This document shows, piece after piece, positions 25,199 through 34,458 of a stretch of 64,000 nucleotides of DNA. Source of the DNA: Alphaproteobacteria bacterium (GTDB lineage Bacteria; Pseudomonadota; Alphaproteobacteria; Micropepsales; Micropepsaceae); assembly GCA_034440355.1 (NCBI GenBank), contig JAWXBY010000033.1, forward strand, positions 37,850 through 101,849, given 5' to 3'. The position numbers and the translations under genes are program-made. A model generated the notes under the pieces. That model had not been told where the DNA came from. It saw only the letters and a program-made list of their open reading frames with translations, and did no database searches. Every line of letters starts with the position of its first letter. Position 1 is the first letter of the stretch.

Positions 25199-26652
25199 AC
25201 GGCGAGCAGCGAAAGCTGGCCGCCGTCGGTTTCGCTGTCGCGGTCGGTGAGGGCCGTGGGGTAGTCGCCGGTGAAGCAGGCGTCGCAGTAGCGTGTGGCT
25301 TTGGCGTCGCGGCGGGCGTGACGGAGGGCGCGATAGAGGCCGTTGATCGAGATGAAGTGGAGCGAGTCCGCTTCGATGAAGCGGCACATTTCGGCGACGG
25401 TGTAGTTCGCGGCGAGGAGGTTTTTCTTTTCCGGCGTGTCGACGCCGTAGAAGCAGCTGTCGGTCGTGGGCGGGCTGGCGATGCGCATGTGGACTTCGGC
25501 GGCGCCGGCGTCGCGCACCATTTTGATGATCTTCTTCGAGGTCGTGCCGCGGACGATGGAGTCGTCAATCAGCACCACGCGCTTGCCCTTGAGGCGCGCG
25601 CGGTTGGCGTTGTGTTTGAGGCGGACGCCGAGATGGCGGATGTGGTCGCTGGGTTCGATGAACGTGCGGCCGACGTAGTGGTTGCGGATGATGCCGAGTT
25701 CGAAGGGGATGTTCGACGCTTCGGCAAAACCGATCGCGCCGGGGACGCCGGAGTCGGGAACGGGCACGACCATGTCGGCTTCGACCGGCGCTTCGCGCGC
25801 GAGTTCGGCGCCGATGTTCTTGCGCACTTCGTAGACGCCTTGGCCTTCGATCATGCTGTCGGGTCGGGCGAAGTAAACGTATTCGAAGATGCAGAAGCGC
25901 GGGCGTTGCGGCGGGAACGGCTTATAGGATTGCAGGCCTTCGTCGGAGATCACGACGATTTCGCCGGGTTCGACTTCGCGCACGAACTCGGCGTCGATGA
26001 TGTCGAGGGCGCAGGTTTCAGAGGCGAACACATAGGCGCCGTCGACCTTGCCGATCACCAGCGGGCGGACGCCGAGCGGATCGCGCACGCCGATGAGTTT
26101 CTTGCGGGTGAGGGCGACGAGAGAGTAGGCGCCTTCGACTTGCTTCAACGCATCGACGAGGCGATCGACGATTTGGCCGGCGCGCGATGTGGCGACGAGG
26201 TGGACGATGCACTCCGTGTCCGAGGTCGAATAGAAGATCGAGCCGTTGCGGACCAAACGTTGGCGCAGCGCGTAGGCATTGGTTAGGTTGCCGTTGTGGG
26301 CGATGGCGATGCCGCCGTTGGCGACGTCGGCGAAGAAGGGCTGGATGTTGCGATTGAGCGAGCCGCCGGTGGTCGAGTATCTGACGTGGCCAATGCCGGT
26401 CGGGCCTCTTAACTTGTCGATCGGGCCGCCGACGGAGAACTGATCGCCGACCAGGCCTTCGCGGCGCTCCATGTAGAATTTGCTGTCGTCGCAGGTGACG
26501 ATGCCGGAGGCCTCTTGTCCGCGATGTTGAAGCGCGTGGAGGCCTAAGGCGACGAAGGCGGCTGCGTCGGGTTTGCCCCAAATGCCAAAGATTCCGCACT
26601 CCTCGTGGAGCTTGTCGTCCGCGAAGGGGTTGGTCGAGATCTCTTGGTCCAT
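25195..26652 (-). CDS. purF: Amidophosphoribosyltransferase
   Basis: HEECGIFGIWG N-terminal nucleophile context and PRTase motif VVLIDDSIVRGTT. Confidence 0.97.
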   Translation of the reverse strand: MDQEISTNPFADDKLHEECGIFGIWGKPDAAAFVALGLHALQHRGQEASGIVTCDDSKFYMERREGLVGDQFSVGGPIDKLRGPTGIGHVRYSTTGGSLNRNIQPFFADVANGGIAIAHNGNLTNAYALRQRLVRNGSIFYSTSDTECIVHLVATSRAGQIVDRLVDALKQVEGAYSLVALTRKKLIGVRDPLGVRPLVIGKVDGAYVFASETCALDIIDAEFVREVEPGEIVVISDEGLQSYKPFPPQRPRFCIFEYVYFARPDSMIEGQGVYEVRKNIGAELAREAPVEADMVVPVPDSGVPGAIGFAEASNIPFELGIIRNHYVGRTFIEPSDHIRHLGVRLKHNANRARLKGKRVVLIDDSIVRGTTSKKIIKMVRDAGAAEVHMRIASPPTTDSCFYGVDTPEKKNLLAANYTVAEMCRFIEADSLHFISINGLYRALRHARRDAKATRYCDACFTGDYPTALTDRDSETDGGQLSLLAV

Positions 26653-26653
26653 T

Positions 26654-27352
26654 CTATGGTTTCGATGCGGAGCGTACGAGCTGGTCTAACGCGCGGCGAT
26701 CGCCTGCGTCATAGGCCTTACCGTTGTCCCCACCGCCCTCTTTGTTGTCGGTGTCCGTTTTTTCGACCGGCTTTTTTTGTGCCGTTGTTGCGCCTTTTGC
26801 GGCGGGCTTAGGCTTGTCGCTTTCCTGGACGGGCTGTTCTTCTTCGACGGCGTCTGCGTCCGTCTTTTTCTTCTTTGCGCCGAACGACAGAATGACGTCG
26901 GCCGTTCCCTTGACGACAGGAAGAAGCCGCGCCTCACGCACCCATTCGGGTTGCTTGGCGCTCGGCGCGAGGGATGAATACACGATGTAGCCCAGACCTA
27001 CGACCAACAATCCGCGCGCGAGACCGAAGACGAAGCCGAGTGAGCGATCGAGGGGGCCGGCGCGCGAGCCGCGCACCAGCTCTGTCAGGCGGAAGCTGAC
27101 GAAGGAGGCAGGGATCAGCAGCAGGAAGAACACGCCGATGAGGGCCAAGATGTCGGCCAGCATTTCGGGCTGCAGCAGCGAGCGCGCGAAGGGTTTGGCG
27201 GCCGGCCAGACGAACACGGCGGCGAGTGCGGCTACGAACCAGGCGCTGACCGTCAGCGTTTCTTTCATGAAACCGCGATAGGCCGCTATCAGGCCGGAGA
27301 TCAACAAAATCCCCAGCACAACGAAGTCGACGATCGTCAGCGGGATCTCCAT
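26654..27352 (-). CDS. cvpA: CvpA family (colicin V production) membrane protein
   Basis: N-terminal TM helices with a Lys-rich C-terminal tail. It sits in the conserved radA-cvpA-purF order. Confidence 0.85.
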   Translation of the reverse strand: MEIPLTIVDFVVLGILLISGLIAAYRGFMKETLTVSAWFVAALAAVFVWPAAKPFARSLLQPEMLADILALIGVFFLLLIPASFVSFRLTELVRGSRAGPLDRSLGFVFGLARGLLVVGLGYIVYSSLAPSAKQPEWVREARLLPVVKGTADVILSFGAKKKKTDADAVEEEQPVQESDKPKPAAKGATTAQKKPVEKTDTDNKEGGGDNGKAYDAGDRRALDQLVRSASKP

Positions 27353-27393
27353 GGGCGCCTGGTGAGCTGTACCATAGGTGTCGATCTTTTGGG

Positions 27394-28755
27394 TTAATGA
27401 AGCGTTTGCAATTGGGCAATCAGTGCGGCGACGGACGGTATCGGCGTGAGTTCTAGTCCCTTCGGTCCCAAAACACCCGGCGGCACAAACGCGCGCTTGA
27501 AACCCAATTTCTGAGCTTCCTTCAAGCGGGCATCGGTTTGGCCGACCGCGCGGATCGTCCCCGACAAGCCGATCTCGCCGAAGAAGACGCAGTCGTGCGG
27601 GATGACCTTGCCCAGATGCGACGACATCAGTGCGCTTGCCGCTGCCAAATCCGCCGCAGGTTCACCGATGCGAAGGCCGCCCGCGACGTTGAGGTAGACG
27701 TCTTGCGCCGAAATTCCAGCGCCGGCGCGTGCGTCCAAAACGGCCAGCACCATGGCGAGCCTGGCGGAATCCCAGCCGACGACCGCGCGGCGCGGGGCGC
27801 CGTAGCTGGCTTGCGCCACGAGGGCCTGGATTTCCACGAGGAGGGGCCGCGTTCCTTCGACGCCCGCGAACACGGCGGCGCCTGAGGCGCGCGTTTCTTT
27901 GGGGCCGAGAAAGAGGGCTGACGGATTCGCCACTTCGGTGAGGCCGCTTTCCTGCATTTCGAAGACGCCGATTTCGTCGGTGGGTCCGAAGCGATTCTTC
28001 ACCGCGCGTAAAATGCGGAAATTGTGGCCGCGTTCGCCTTCGAAATAGAGCACGGCGTCGACCATGTGCTCGACCACTCGGGGACCGGCGATTTGGCCGT
28101 CCTTCGTCACGTGGCCGATGAGGAGGAGGGCGGTACCGCGGCGCTTAGCGAAGCGGATGAGTTCTTGGCTGCAGGCGCGGACTTGGCTGACGGTGCCGGG
28201 AGCGGCTTCGATGGAGTCGGCCCAAACGGTTTGGATCGAGTCGACGACCAGGGCGGCGGGCGGGGTGCCGCTTTCGAGCGTGGTCAGAATGTCGCGCAGG
28301 CTGGTTTCGGCGGCGAGCTGAACCGGTGAGTCTTCCAGCCCCAAGCGTTTGGCGCGCAGGCGGGTTTGGTCGATGCCCTCTTCGCCGGAGATATACACAA
28401 CCGGTCTGCCGGTTTTGGCGAGCGCTGTCAGCGCCTGAAGCAGCAGGGTCGATTTGCCGATGCCGGGGTCGCCGCCGACGAGGAGCGCGGAGCCCGCGAC
28501 CAGGCCGCCGCCGCAGACGCGGTCGAACTCGGCGATGCCGGTTAGAAGGCGCGGCGGGGCAGGGGACGTCCCTTTGACCGTCTCCAACGCGATGACGCGG
28601 CCGCCGCGGGCGGAGACCTTCGAGCCGGGGATTGCGGCCGCGTCAGCCTCTTCTGCCAACGAATTCCACGTGCCGCAGGATTCGCAGCGCCCGTTCCACT
28701 TCGGAAACGCAGCGCCGCAGGACTGACAGACATATCGGATCGCGGGGCGGGCCAT
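27394..28755 (-). CDS. radA: DNA repair protein RadA
   Basis: Trimmed to ATG 28755. Zn-finger CQSCG...CESCG, Walker A GDPGIGKSTLL, KNRFG motif and a Lon-like C-terminus. Confidence 0.97.
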   Translation of the reverse strand: MARPAIRYVCQSCGAAFPKWNGRCESCGTWNSLAEEADAAAIPGSKVSARGGRVIALETVKGTSPAPPRLLTGIAEFDRVCGGGLVAGSALLVGGDPGIGKSTLLLQALTALAKTGRPVVYISGEEGIDQTRLRAKRLGLEDSPVQLAAETSLRDILTTLESGTPPAALVVDSIQTVWADSIEAAPGTVSQVRACSQELIRFAKRRGTALLLIGHVTKDGQIAGPRVVEHMVDAVLYFEGERGHNFRILRAVKNRFGPTDEIGVFEMQESGLTEVANPSALFLGPKETRASGAAVFAGVEGTRPLLVEIQALVAQASYGAPRRAVVGWDSARLAMVLAVLDARAGAGISAQDVYLNVAGGLRIGEPAADLAAASALMSSHLGKVIPHDCVFFGEIGLSGTIRAVGQTDARLKEAQKLGFKRAFVPPGVLGPKGLELTPIPSVAALIAQLQTLH

Positions 28756-28876
28756 GGCGGCGGAACATAGGGGGATCAAACGATTCGGACAACGTCACGC
28801 AGCCAGGGGAATTCGCGCCTCGATGGCTGTAAGGGGCGGTTGTTGTATGGTCGCCACCGGATTCTCGGGGGATGAA

Positions 28877-29080
28877 ATGAAAACAACGAATTGGCGGTTT
28901 GTGATTGTGGGCGGGGTGATGATCGGGCTTGCGATCGGGTTTTTCGTCGTCATGGGGGCGATGGCGTCGCAGTCGACGGATCCGGCGGCGTTGATGTCGA
29001 CGGTCGGCACGGTTTCCGGCGTCGTGGCGGCGCTTGGGATTACGCTCGGCGTGCTGGGCTTTATGGGGAAGAAATTCTAG
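28877..29080 (+). CDS. 67-aa two-TM small membrane protein
   Basis: Trimmed to ATG 28877 (ggggga RBS). MKTTNWRFVIVGGVMIGLAIGFFVVMG...VVAALGITLGVLGFMGKKF. Confidence 0.5.
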   Translation: MKTTNWRFVIVGGVMIGLAIGFFVVMGAMASQSTDPAALMSTVGTVSGVVAALGITLGVLGFMGKKF

Positions 29081-30186
29081 GCCGGCGCGCGCTCGAGTTT
29101 CGCTTCGGGGATCAGGTTGCGCATACGGTTGGCGAAGCTCGCCAGGCAGACCTCTTTTGGCGAGAGCGGGCCGCTGGTGTAGCTCGACGACGTCATGCCG
29201 GCTTGGACGCCTTCGATGAGGCTGGTGTCTTCGGCGTTCACCTGGCGGTTGATGCGCCAATTGAGATAGCGCGCGGCTTTGAGTTCGCGGGTCGTGTGCG
29301 GGTGGATGTAGGCGATTTCGCGGATCAGCGTTTCCGTCGGTGAGACGGGAATGAACTGCATGAAGTCGACTTGGTCCGGGTAGATGTCGAACGCAACGTT
29401 GGGCCAGAGTTTGTAGTAGACCCAGGTGCGGCGCAGGTTTGCGGGCACGTGCGTAAGGCTGCCCAGCAAGCTTTGGTACGCGCGTTCGGACCAGTTCTCC
29501 GACGTGTTCTGCTGGAGTTCACCGGACATTTTGTCGACCCAAGTTTGGGCTTCGATCTTGTAGGTCGAGCCGAAGAGGCGGCTTAAGCCCGGGTGAGCGA
29601 CGTTGATGTGCATGCCGTCGGAGTAGTTGTCGGCGATGTTTTTCCAGTTCACCGTTCGCGGGCGCAGCGTGACGCGGCCGTTCGGGACCAGGCTTTCGAG
29701 CGCGTAGGGTTTTAGTTCGTCCGTGTACGGCGCCATCATTTCGGCGATCGACGGCAGGCCTTTCTCGAAGCGGACGAAGATGAAGCCTTGGAAGATTTCC
29801 TGCTCAACGGGGTGCAGGCCGTGTTTCGATTTGTCGAGCGCCTCGAAGCCTTGCCATTTTGGAATGCCGGCGAGAGCGCCTTCGAGTGTGTAGCTCCAGG
29901 CGTGATAGGGGCACACGAGGCGGTGGCCGCAGGAGCCGCGCGATTGCGGCGCGAGCTTTGCGGCGCGGTGGCGGCAGACGTTGTGGAAACTTCTCAGTTC
30001 GCCGTCCTGGCCGCGCAAGGTGACGACGCGGTCGCCCAGTACGTCGAGCGTGACGTAGTCGCCGGGGTTCGGCGCGTCGGAGATGTGGCCCATGATATGC
30101 CACGTCTGGCGGAACACCTTTTCGCGTTCCAACTCGAAGAATTTCGGGTCGGTGTAGAGCCAACCGGGAAGACTTGTCGCGCTCAA
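29077..30186 (-). CDS. Rieske [2Fe-2S] aromatic-ring-hydroxylating oxygenase, alpha subunit
   Basis: Rieske motif CRHRAAKL...CPYHAW. TTG 30186 with a ggag RBS is proposed as the start, because the track N-terminus overlaps the upstream small gene. Confidence 0.8.
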   Translation of the reverse strand: MSATSLPGWLYTDPKFFELEREKVFRQTWHIMGHISDAPNPGDYVTLDVLGDRVVTLRGQDGELRSFHNVCRHRAAKLAPQSRGSCGHRLVCPYHAWSYTLEGALAGIPKWQGFEALDKSKHGLHPVEQEIFQGFIFVRFEKGLPSIAEMMAPYTDELKPYALESLVPNGRVTLRPRTVNWKNIADNYSDGMHINVAHPGLSRLFGSTYKIEAQTWVDKMSGELQQNTSENWSERAYQSLLGSLTHVPANLRRTWVYYKLWPNVAFDIYPDQVDFMQFIPVSPTETLIREIAYIHPHTTRELKAARYLNWRINRQVNAEDTSLIEGVQAGMTSSSYTSGPLSPKEVCLASFANRMRNLIPEAKLERAPA

Positions 30187-30200
30187 AGATGCGGCTCCGG

Positions 30201-30407
30201 TCAGCGTTTGTCGGTGAGCGTGGCGATGCCGAAGCCTGCGCCGCCGCCGCCCAGCAGGCCTGCCACCATGATGAAGTAGCGCACGATCGTGTCGGACTCG
30301 AAGGCGTAGTTGAAGGCGACGTACGCCGCGACGGCCATGCCGGCGAAAGCGCCGATGACGGCGAAGCGGTGGGCGCGCGGGCGTTCGCTCCATTTCGGTG
30401 CTGCCAT
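30201..30407 (-). CDS. 68-aa two-TM small membrane protein
   Basis: ATG 30407 with a ggggga RBS. MAAPKWSERPRAHRFAVIGAFAGMAVAAYVAF...MVAGLLGGGGAGFGIATL. It lies 15 nt upstream of the Rieske gene. Confidence 0.55.
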   Translation of the reverse strand: MAAPKWSERPRAHRFAVIGAFAGMAVAAYVAFNYAFESDTIVRYFIMVAGLLGGGGAGFGIATLTDKR

Positions 30408-30528
30408 TATACTCCCCCTGGCGGCGGTCGGCCGGTGGGGTGCATCATAGACCGGCCTTCGCGGGCGCCGAAAGGGCCATGCGTGGCCCAATGCGAGCGG
30501 TAGCCGGTATCGTCTTCGCTCGTTCCTC

Positions 30529-30990
30529 CTAAAATTCGGCGACGGCGCCCTTGCCGCGGTTTCTTGAACCCCTCGTCCGCGGTGCAGGACATGAGTGCTT
30601 GCGAGCGAAAAGTGCGCAGGAGTCATCGTCAGCGATGCGTAGCGTGTCGGCGCGTGGGTCCGCGATGTCGCCAAGAGCGGCGCATATGTCTTGGTGGATG
30701 CGCTCGGCGGCGGCGCCGGCGCGAGCGGGGTCCGTGGTCGCGAGCAGCAAGAAGAAGCCGTCGGCGGTCCAGACGACGCGGTCGCGCTTGCGCACCACGC
30801 GATAGAGGCGGCGTTCGAGATTGAGGCGCGCGCGGTGGACATCCGGCGCGGGCAGGCCTGCGGGCAGCATTAGTTTCAAATCGAAGAAAAACGATATCGC
30901 GTCGTCGTGTTTGCCTTCGGCCAGGTCCTCGAAGCGGCGATGAAAGTCGGCGGGCTCCAGCGTCGAATGCTTAATTTGCGCTTCTCGCAT
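30529..30990 (-). CDS. Stand-alone degenerate GGDEF-like (nucleotidyl-cyclase fold) protein
   Basis: By-eye alignment to the GGDEF core: ISFFFDLK..., RDRVVWTADGFFLLLATTDPARAGAAAERIHQDI compared with canonical sDxvaRlGGDEFxvLLpxtdxxxAxxxaErir. The GGDEF signature is replaced by ADGFF. The start could be 30990 or 31020. Confidence 0.45.
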   Translation of the reverse strand: MREAQIKHSTLEPADFHRRFEDLAEGKHDDAISFFFDLKLMLPAGLPAPDVHRARLNLERRLYRVVRKRDRVVWTADGFFLLLATTDPARAGAAAERIHQDICAALGDIADPRADTLRIADDDSCALFARKHSCPAPRTRGSRNRGKGAVAEF

Positions 30991-31222
30991 GGGATATCCC
31001 TTGTTTGAGATTTGCGACAAAGGCGATCATTACGCAGCGGGCTCTAATGGTGTGCGAACGGCTGAGGGAGTTTTTGATTCAACGTTGAACTTAATTTTCG
31101 GGAACGCAGAGAGCCGCGCTCCAGCATGCGTCGGCCGTTGACGTTTTTGTCAAATAGCGCGCGTTACGTGACGTTCGGGCGCGACAGACGCCGAAATTGG
31201 CACAGCATCGACGGACCTTTGT

Positions 31223-31247
31223 GGAACCTGACCGAAGGCTGGTCGTT
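31223..31247 (+). promoter_or_regulatory. Sigma-EcfG-type promoter facing the TIR-like gene
   Basis: GGAAC(31223-31227)-N16-CGTT(31244-31247), 28 nt upstream of ATG 31275. Confidence 0.6.
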
Positions 31248-31274
31248 GTGTGTGGAGCAACGCGCTGGGAGCCC

Positions 31275-31739
31275 ATGCATAGCCGGCCGAAACTGCATTT
31301 CAGCCTTCACTTCGAGCGCGATTTCGAGGCGCTTTCCGCGATTGAGAAACTCGTCGACCGCAACGCCTATGAAGTGTTGGGGTATTTCGAGCCCGGCGCG
31401 TGGGAGCGGTTGACGCGCGCCGGCGTCGATACCGTCAAGCGCTGGGTCGACACTCAGGTGTCGCGCGCTGATGGGGTGATCGTATTGGTCGGTGCGCAGA
31501 CGTTTTCGCGGCCGATGGTGCGCTATGAGATTGCGCGTGCGGCGGCCCTGAAGCGAGGGTTGTTCGGTCTTTCGCTTGACGGAAAGGCCACCAAGAACCG
31601 CAATCAGTTCGAGTATGTGACCTTTCCGGCGGGCGTCACGCGTCACACCTATCCCGTGTTCGATCCGCCGGACGATCAGCATGCGACGGTCATGAACGCG
31701 CGCATCGCGGAGGCGTTGCGCGTGGCTGGGCGGGCTTAG
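31275..31739 (+). CDS. TIR-like domain protein (DUF1863 / ThsB-like)
   Basis: Trimmed to ATG 31275. KLHFSLHFERDFEA... and VSRADGVIVLVGAQTFSRPMVRYEIARAAALKRGLFGLSL match the DUF1863 layout (fISyhyeD ... s.v.ivLiG..T..s.wV.yEi ... gk.i.gv). Confidence 0.6.
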   Translation: MHSRPKLHFSLHFERDFEALSAIEKLVDRNAYEVLGYFEPGAWERLTRAGVDTVKRWVDTQVSRADGVIVLVGAQTFSRPMVRYEIARAAALKRGLFGLSLDGKATKNRNQFEYVTFPAGVTRHTYPVFDPPDDQHATVMNARIAEALRVAGRA

Positions 31740-32257
31740 GCCTTCATGCGCAGCTGACCCATATAATCGCGTTTGCCGAGCGGTACGCCTTTCGTGCGCA
31801 GGATGTCGTAGGCGGTCGTGGCGTGGAAATGGACGTTCGGCAACGAAAACGACAACACGAAGTTTGCTGCGGTGAAAGGCAGTTTGAAGTCGCGCATCTG
31901 GAAGGTGATGTCGCTGTCTTGGTAAGCGTTGACGTCGGCGGGCGTCATCTTCGCCAGCGTATCCCGCGTGTCGGAGACGAGTTTTTGCAGGGCCGCATAG
32001 TCGTGCGATGGCGATCCCGACGGCGGTGCGAAGGCGCCGTTCTTGATGCCTTCGATTGTGCCCAGCGAATGATGGCAGACCGACTGAACCTGGAAGCGGA
32101 AGGGAAGCATGTCGGCGAAGAGGCGCGTTTCGACGATCTCGTTCGGGTCGATGTTGTTCGCGGTGAAGTGCTTGTGTGCGCGGTCCATGAAATGCGTGAC
32201 GCCGCCCAGTGTTTGCAGGTAGCTCGCCACGCTTAGGTCGTAAAGTGATGTCGCCAT
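31736..32257 (-). CDS. DUF1993 domain protein
   Basis: MATSLYDLSVASYLQTLGGVTHFMDRA... is a typical DUF1993 N-terminus. Confidence 0.75.
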   Translation of the reverse strand: MATSLYDLSVASYLQTLGGVTHFMDRAHKHFTANNIDPNEIVETRLFADMLPFRFQVQSVCHHSLGTIEGIKNGAFAPPSGSPSHDYAALQKLVSDTRDTLAKMTPADVNAYQDSDITFQMRDFKLPFTAANFVLSFSLPNVHFHATTAYDILRTKGVPLGKRDYMGQLRMKA

Positions 32258-32347
32258 CGGCTTGTCCTCGTTCGGTTCGATGCGGGGTGAAGGGGATAGG
32301 TCCGGCGCGCTCTGGTCAAGGGTGTCGCTCTGACGCTAGGGTTTGCG

Positions 32348-33166
32348 ATGGCTGCGGGTGTTGGCTGGGTGCGCCGAGCGCCCGGCGTGATCGATCGGAT
32401 CGAGGCGTGCTTTTCGGGGACGGCGTATGCGCCGCATCGCCACGATACGTATGCGATCGGGGTGACGCTGAAGGGCGTTCAGAGTTTCGACTATCGCGGG
32501 ACGACGCGGCATTCGCGGCCGGGGCAGATGGTCATTCTGCATCCCGATGAGATTCACGACGGACGCGCGGGCGATGACGGCGCGTTTCAGTATCGTACGG
32601 CTTATCTTGCGCCTGCCGACATTCAAGGCGTGTTGGGTGGACGTGCGCTGCCGTTCGTTGCCGGCGGTGTTTCCAGTGACCCCCGGCTTTACCGCGCGGT
32701 GTGCGCGTTGCTGGACGACTATGAGCGGCCGCTGACGGCGCATCAGTATCAGGACACCCTGTTCGATCTGGCGACGGCGCTTGAGGATGTTTCCGGTGGT
32801 GGCAAGACGATCGGGCGCGTCAACCGGCGGGCTGCGATGCAGGCGCGGGACTTTATCGACGCGCGCATCGAGAGCGACGTCTCGCTTGACGAACTAGAGC
32901 GCGTGACGCGGCATGACCGGTGGCAGTTGTCGCGCGATTTTCGCGCGCTATTCGGCACCAGTCCTTACCGGTATTTGCTGCTGCGCCGGCTCGATAGCGC
33001 GCGCGCCATGATGCTGGGCGGGCAGTCGATTGCCGACGCGGCTACGGCTTGCGGCTTTGCCGATCAGAGTCATTTCGGGCGGTCGTTCAAGAAGACCTTC
33101 GGATTGACGCCCAATGCATGGTTGAGGGCCATCCGGCGCTCGCACGATCGTTCTAGACCCGCGTGA
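32348..33166 (+). CDS. AraC family transcriptional regulator (cupin-like N-terminal domain)
   Basis: C-terminal double HTH: SLDELERVTRHDRWQLSRDFRALFGTSPYRYLLLRRL...CGFADQSHFGRSFKKTFG. Confidence 0.9.
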   Translation: MAAGVGWVRRAPGVIDRIEACFSGTAYAPHRHDTYAIGVTLKGVQSFDYRGTTRHSRPGQMVILHPDEIHDGRAGDDGAFQYRTAYLAPADIQGVLGGRALPFVAGGVSSDPRLYRAVCALLDDYERPLTAHQYQDTLFDLATALEDVSGGGKTIGRVNRRAAMQARDFIDARIESDVSLDELERVTRHDRWQLSRDFRALFGTSPYRYLLLRRLDSARAMMLGGQSIADAATACGFADQSHFGRSFKKTFGLTPNAWLRAIRRSHDRSRPA

Positions 33167-33190
33167 TGCCGGCGGCCTTAAGTAGGCCGC

Positions 33191-34114
33191 ATGAACACAT
33201 CGCTCCTCAAGCCCGTTGCACTCTATTCGGCGGACCACGCGAAGGGCTGGATTCCCTGGGGTGCGCTCGCGCCGTTCCTGTGCCTTGTGCTTGTTGTTGC
33301 GCCGTCGCTCGGCGCAGAGAATCTGCTCGAATATCTTGGATTGCTGGATGCAAAGGGCGACGCCGTTGGGTTCAACGGTCTCGTTGCATTGCTGCTGTTT
33401 CCGTTTTCGATGATGGCGCTTGCCGTCGTGGTTTGGGTTTTGCTCGTCGAGCGGCGGTCGCTCGCCACGGCCGGGCTTGTCGGCCGCTGGGGCGCGGCGA
33501 AGTTCGTGTTGGGTCACGCGATCGGGCTGATCACGATCTGCGCTGTGGTCGGGGCGATTTGGTTGGCGGGCGGGCTTGAAGCGGGCGAGCCGTGGAAGGC
33601 CGCTCAGTCACCGGATGCGCTGATGCGTATCGGTATTCTGCTCGTGTGTTTCGCTGTGCAGTCGAGCGCCGAGGAATTTGTCTTTCGCGGCTGGCTGCTG
33701 TCGGCGATTGCGCGCAAGTTCAATGTCGCGCTCGCCGTCGTGCTGTCGTCGATGGTGTTCTCGCTGTTGCACTATGGGCCGGGGCAACCATGGCTTGTCA
33801 CGCTGGGCACGTTTTTGTTTGGCCTGTTCGCGTGCGCCTGGGCGCTGAAGGCCGGCAGCATTTGGGGCGTGATGGGTTGGCACGCCGGGTGGAATTGGCT
33901 GTTGGCGACCGGGTTCGAGTTGCCGGTGACGGGTCTCGATGCCGACGTGCCGGCGCTGCTCGTCCATCTGACCGCCATTGGTCCGCGCGAGCTGACGGGC
34001 GGCGCGCAGGGGCCGGAGGGAAGCCTGTTCTGCTTGCTCTTCTTTGCCGGCGCGATCGGGTGGCTGATGTGGCGGTCCAGGGGACACCCTGATGCGTCGA
34101 GTGCGACGGCTTAG
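33191..34114 (+). CDS. CPBP family intramembrane glutamic endopeptidase (CAAX protease/Abi-like)
   Basis: Motifs SSAEEFVFRGWL, FSLLHY and WHAGWNW in a polytopic membrane protein. Confidence 0.85.
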   Translation: MNTSLLKPVALYSADHAKGWIPWGALAPFLCLVLVVAPSLGAENLLEYLGLLDAKGDAVGFNGLVALLLFPFSMMALAVVVWVLLVERRSLATAGLVGRWGAAKFVLGHAIGLITICAVVGAIWLAGGLEAGEPWKAAQSPDALMRIGILLVCFAVQSSAEEFVFRGWLLSAIARKFNVALAVVLSSMVFSLLHYGPGQPWLVTLGTFLFGLFACAWALKAGSIWGVMGWHAGWNWLLATGFELPVTGLDADVPALLVHLTAIGPRELTGGAQGPEGSLFCLLFFAGAIGWLMWRSRGHPDASSATA

Positions 34115-34446
34115 GGTCCGGCGATTTTGCGCAGCTTCGCCTTTGCGACGACGTCCGGGGCCATCAGGCGGGCGTTGACGGCCATGCGGTCGTGAGTCTT
34201 GTCGGCCGGCGCCCAGTGCGTGGTGCAGCCGCAGGTCTTGCAGGTGTGGAATTCGATCATCTTGTCGCCCCACATGTAGATCTGCGTCGCGCCCTCCGCG
34301 GGGATGAGGCGCACGTCCTTGGGCGAATAATATGCCCACAGCGTACCCTTCTTGCGGCAGATGGAGCAGGCGCACTCGGTCACCGTGTCGGGCGCGGTGG
34401 CGATTTCCATGCGTAGCGCGCCGCAGTGGCAAGAGGCTTCGATCAT
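34111..34446 (-). CDS. GFA (glutathione-dependent formaldehyde-activating enzyme-like) family protein
   Basis: Cys motifs SCHCGALR, CACSICRKKG and CKTCG. Confidence 0.85.
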   Translation of the reverse strand: MIEASCHCGALRMEIATAPDTVTECACSICRKKGTLWAYYSPKDVRLIPAEGATQIYMWGDKMIEFHTCKTCGCTTHWAPADKTHDRMAVNARLMAPDVVAKAKLRKIAGP

Positions 34447-34458
34447 CGTGCGTCGCTC

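Noticed and set aside
24482-25387. N-terminal extensions of track ORFs: 24482-25387, 36161-37111, 47878-49818, 55399-57219, 34870-36177, 15228-15926, 29077-30393.
   Set aside because: The extended parts are Arg-rich, lack family similarity, and overlap neighbouring genes. Internal starts give canonical N-termini, signal peptides or RBS spacing.
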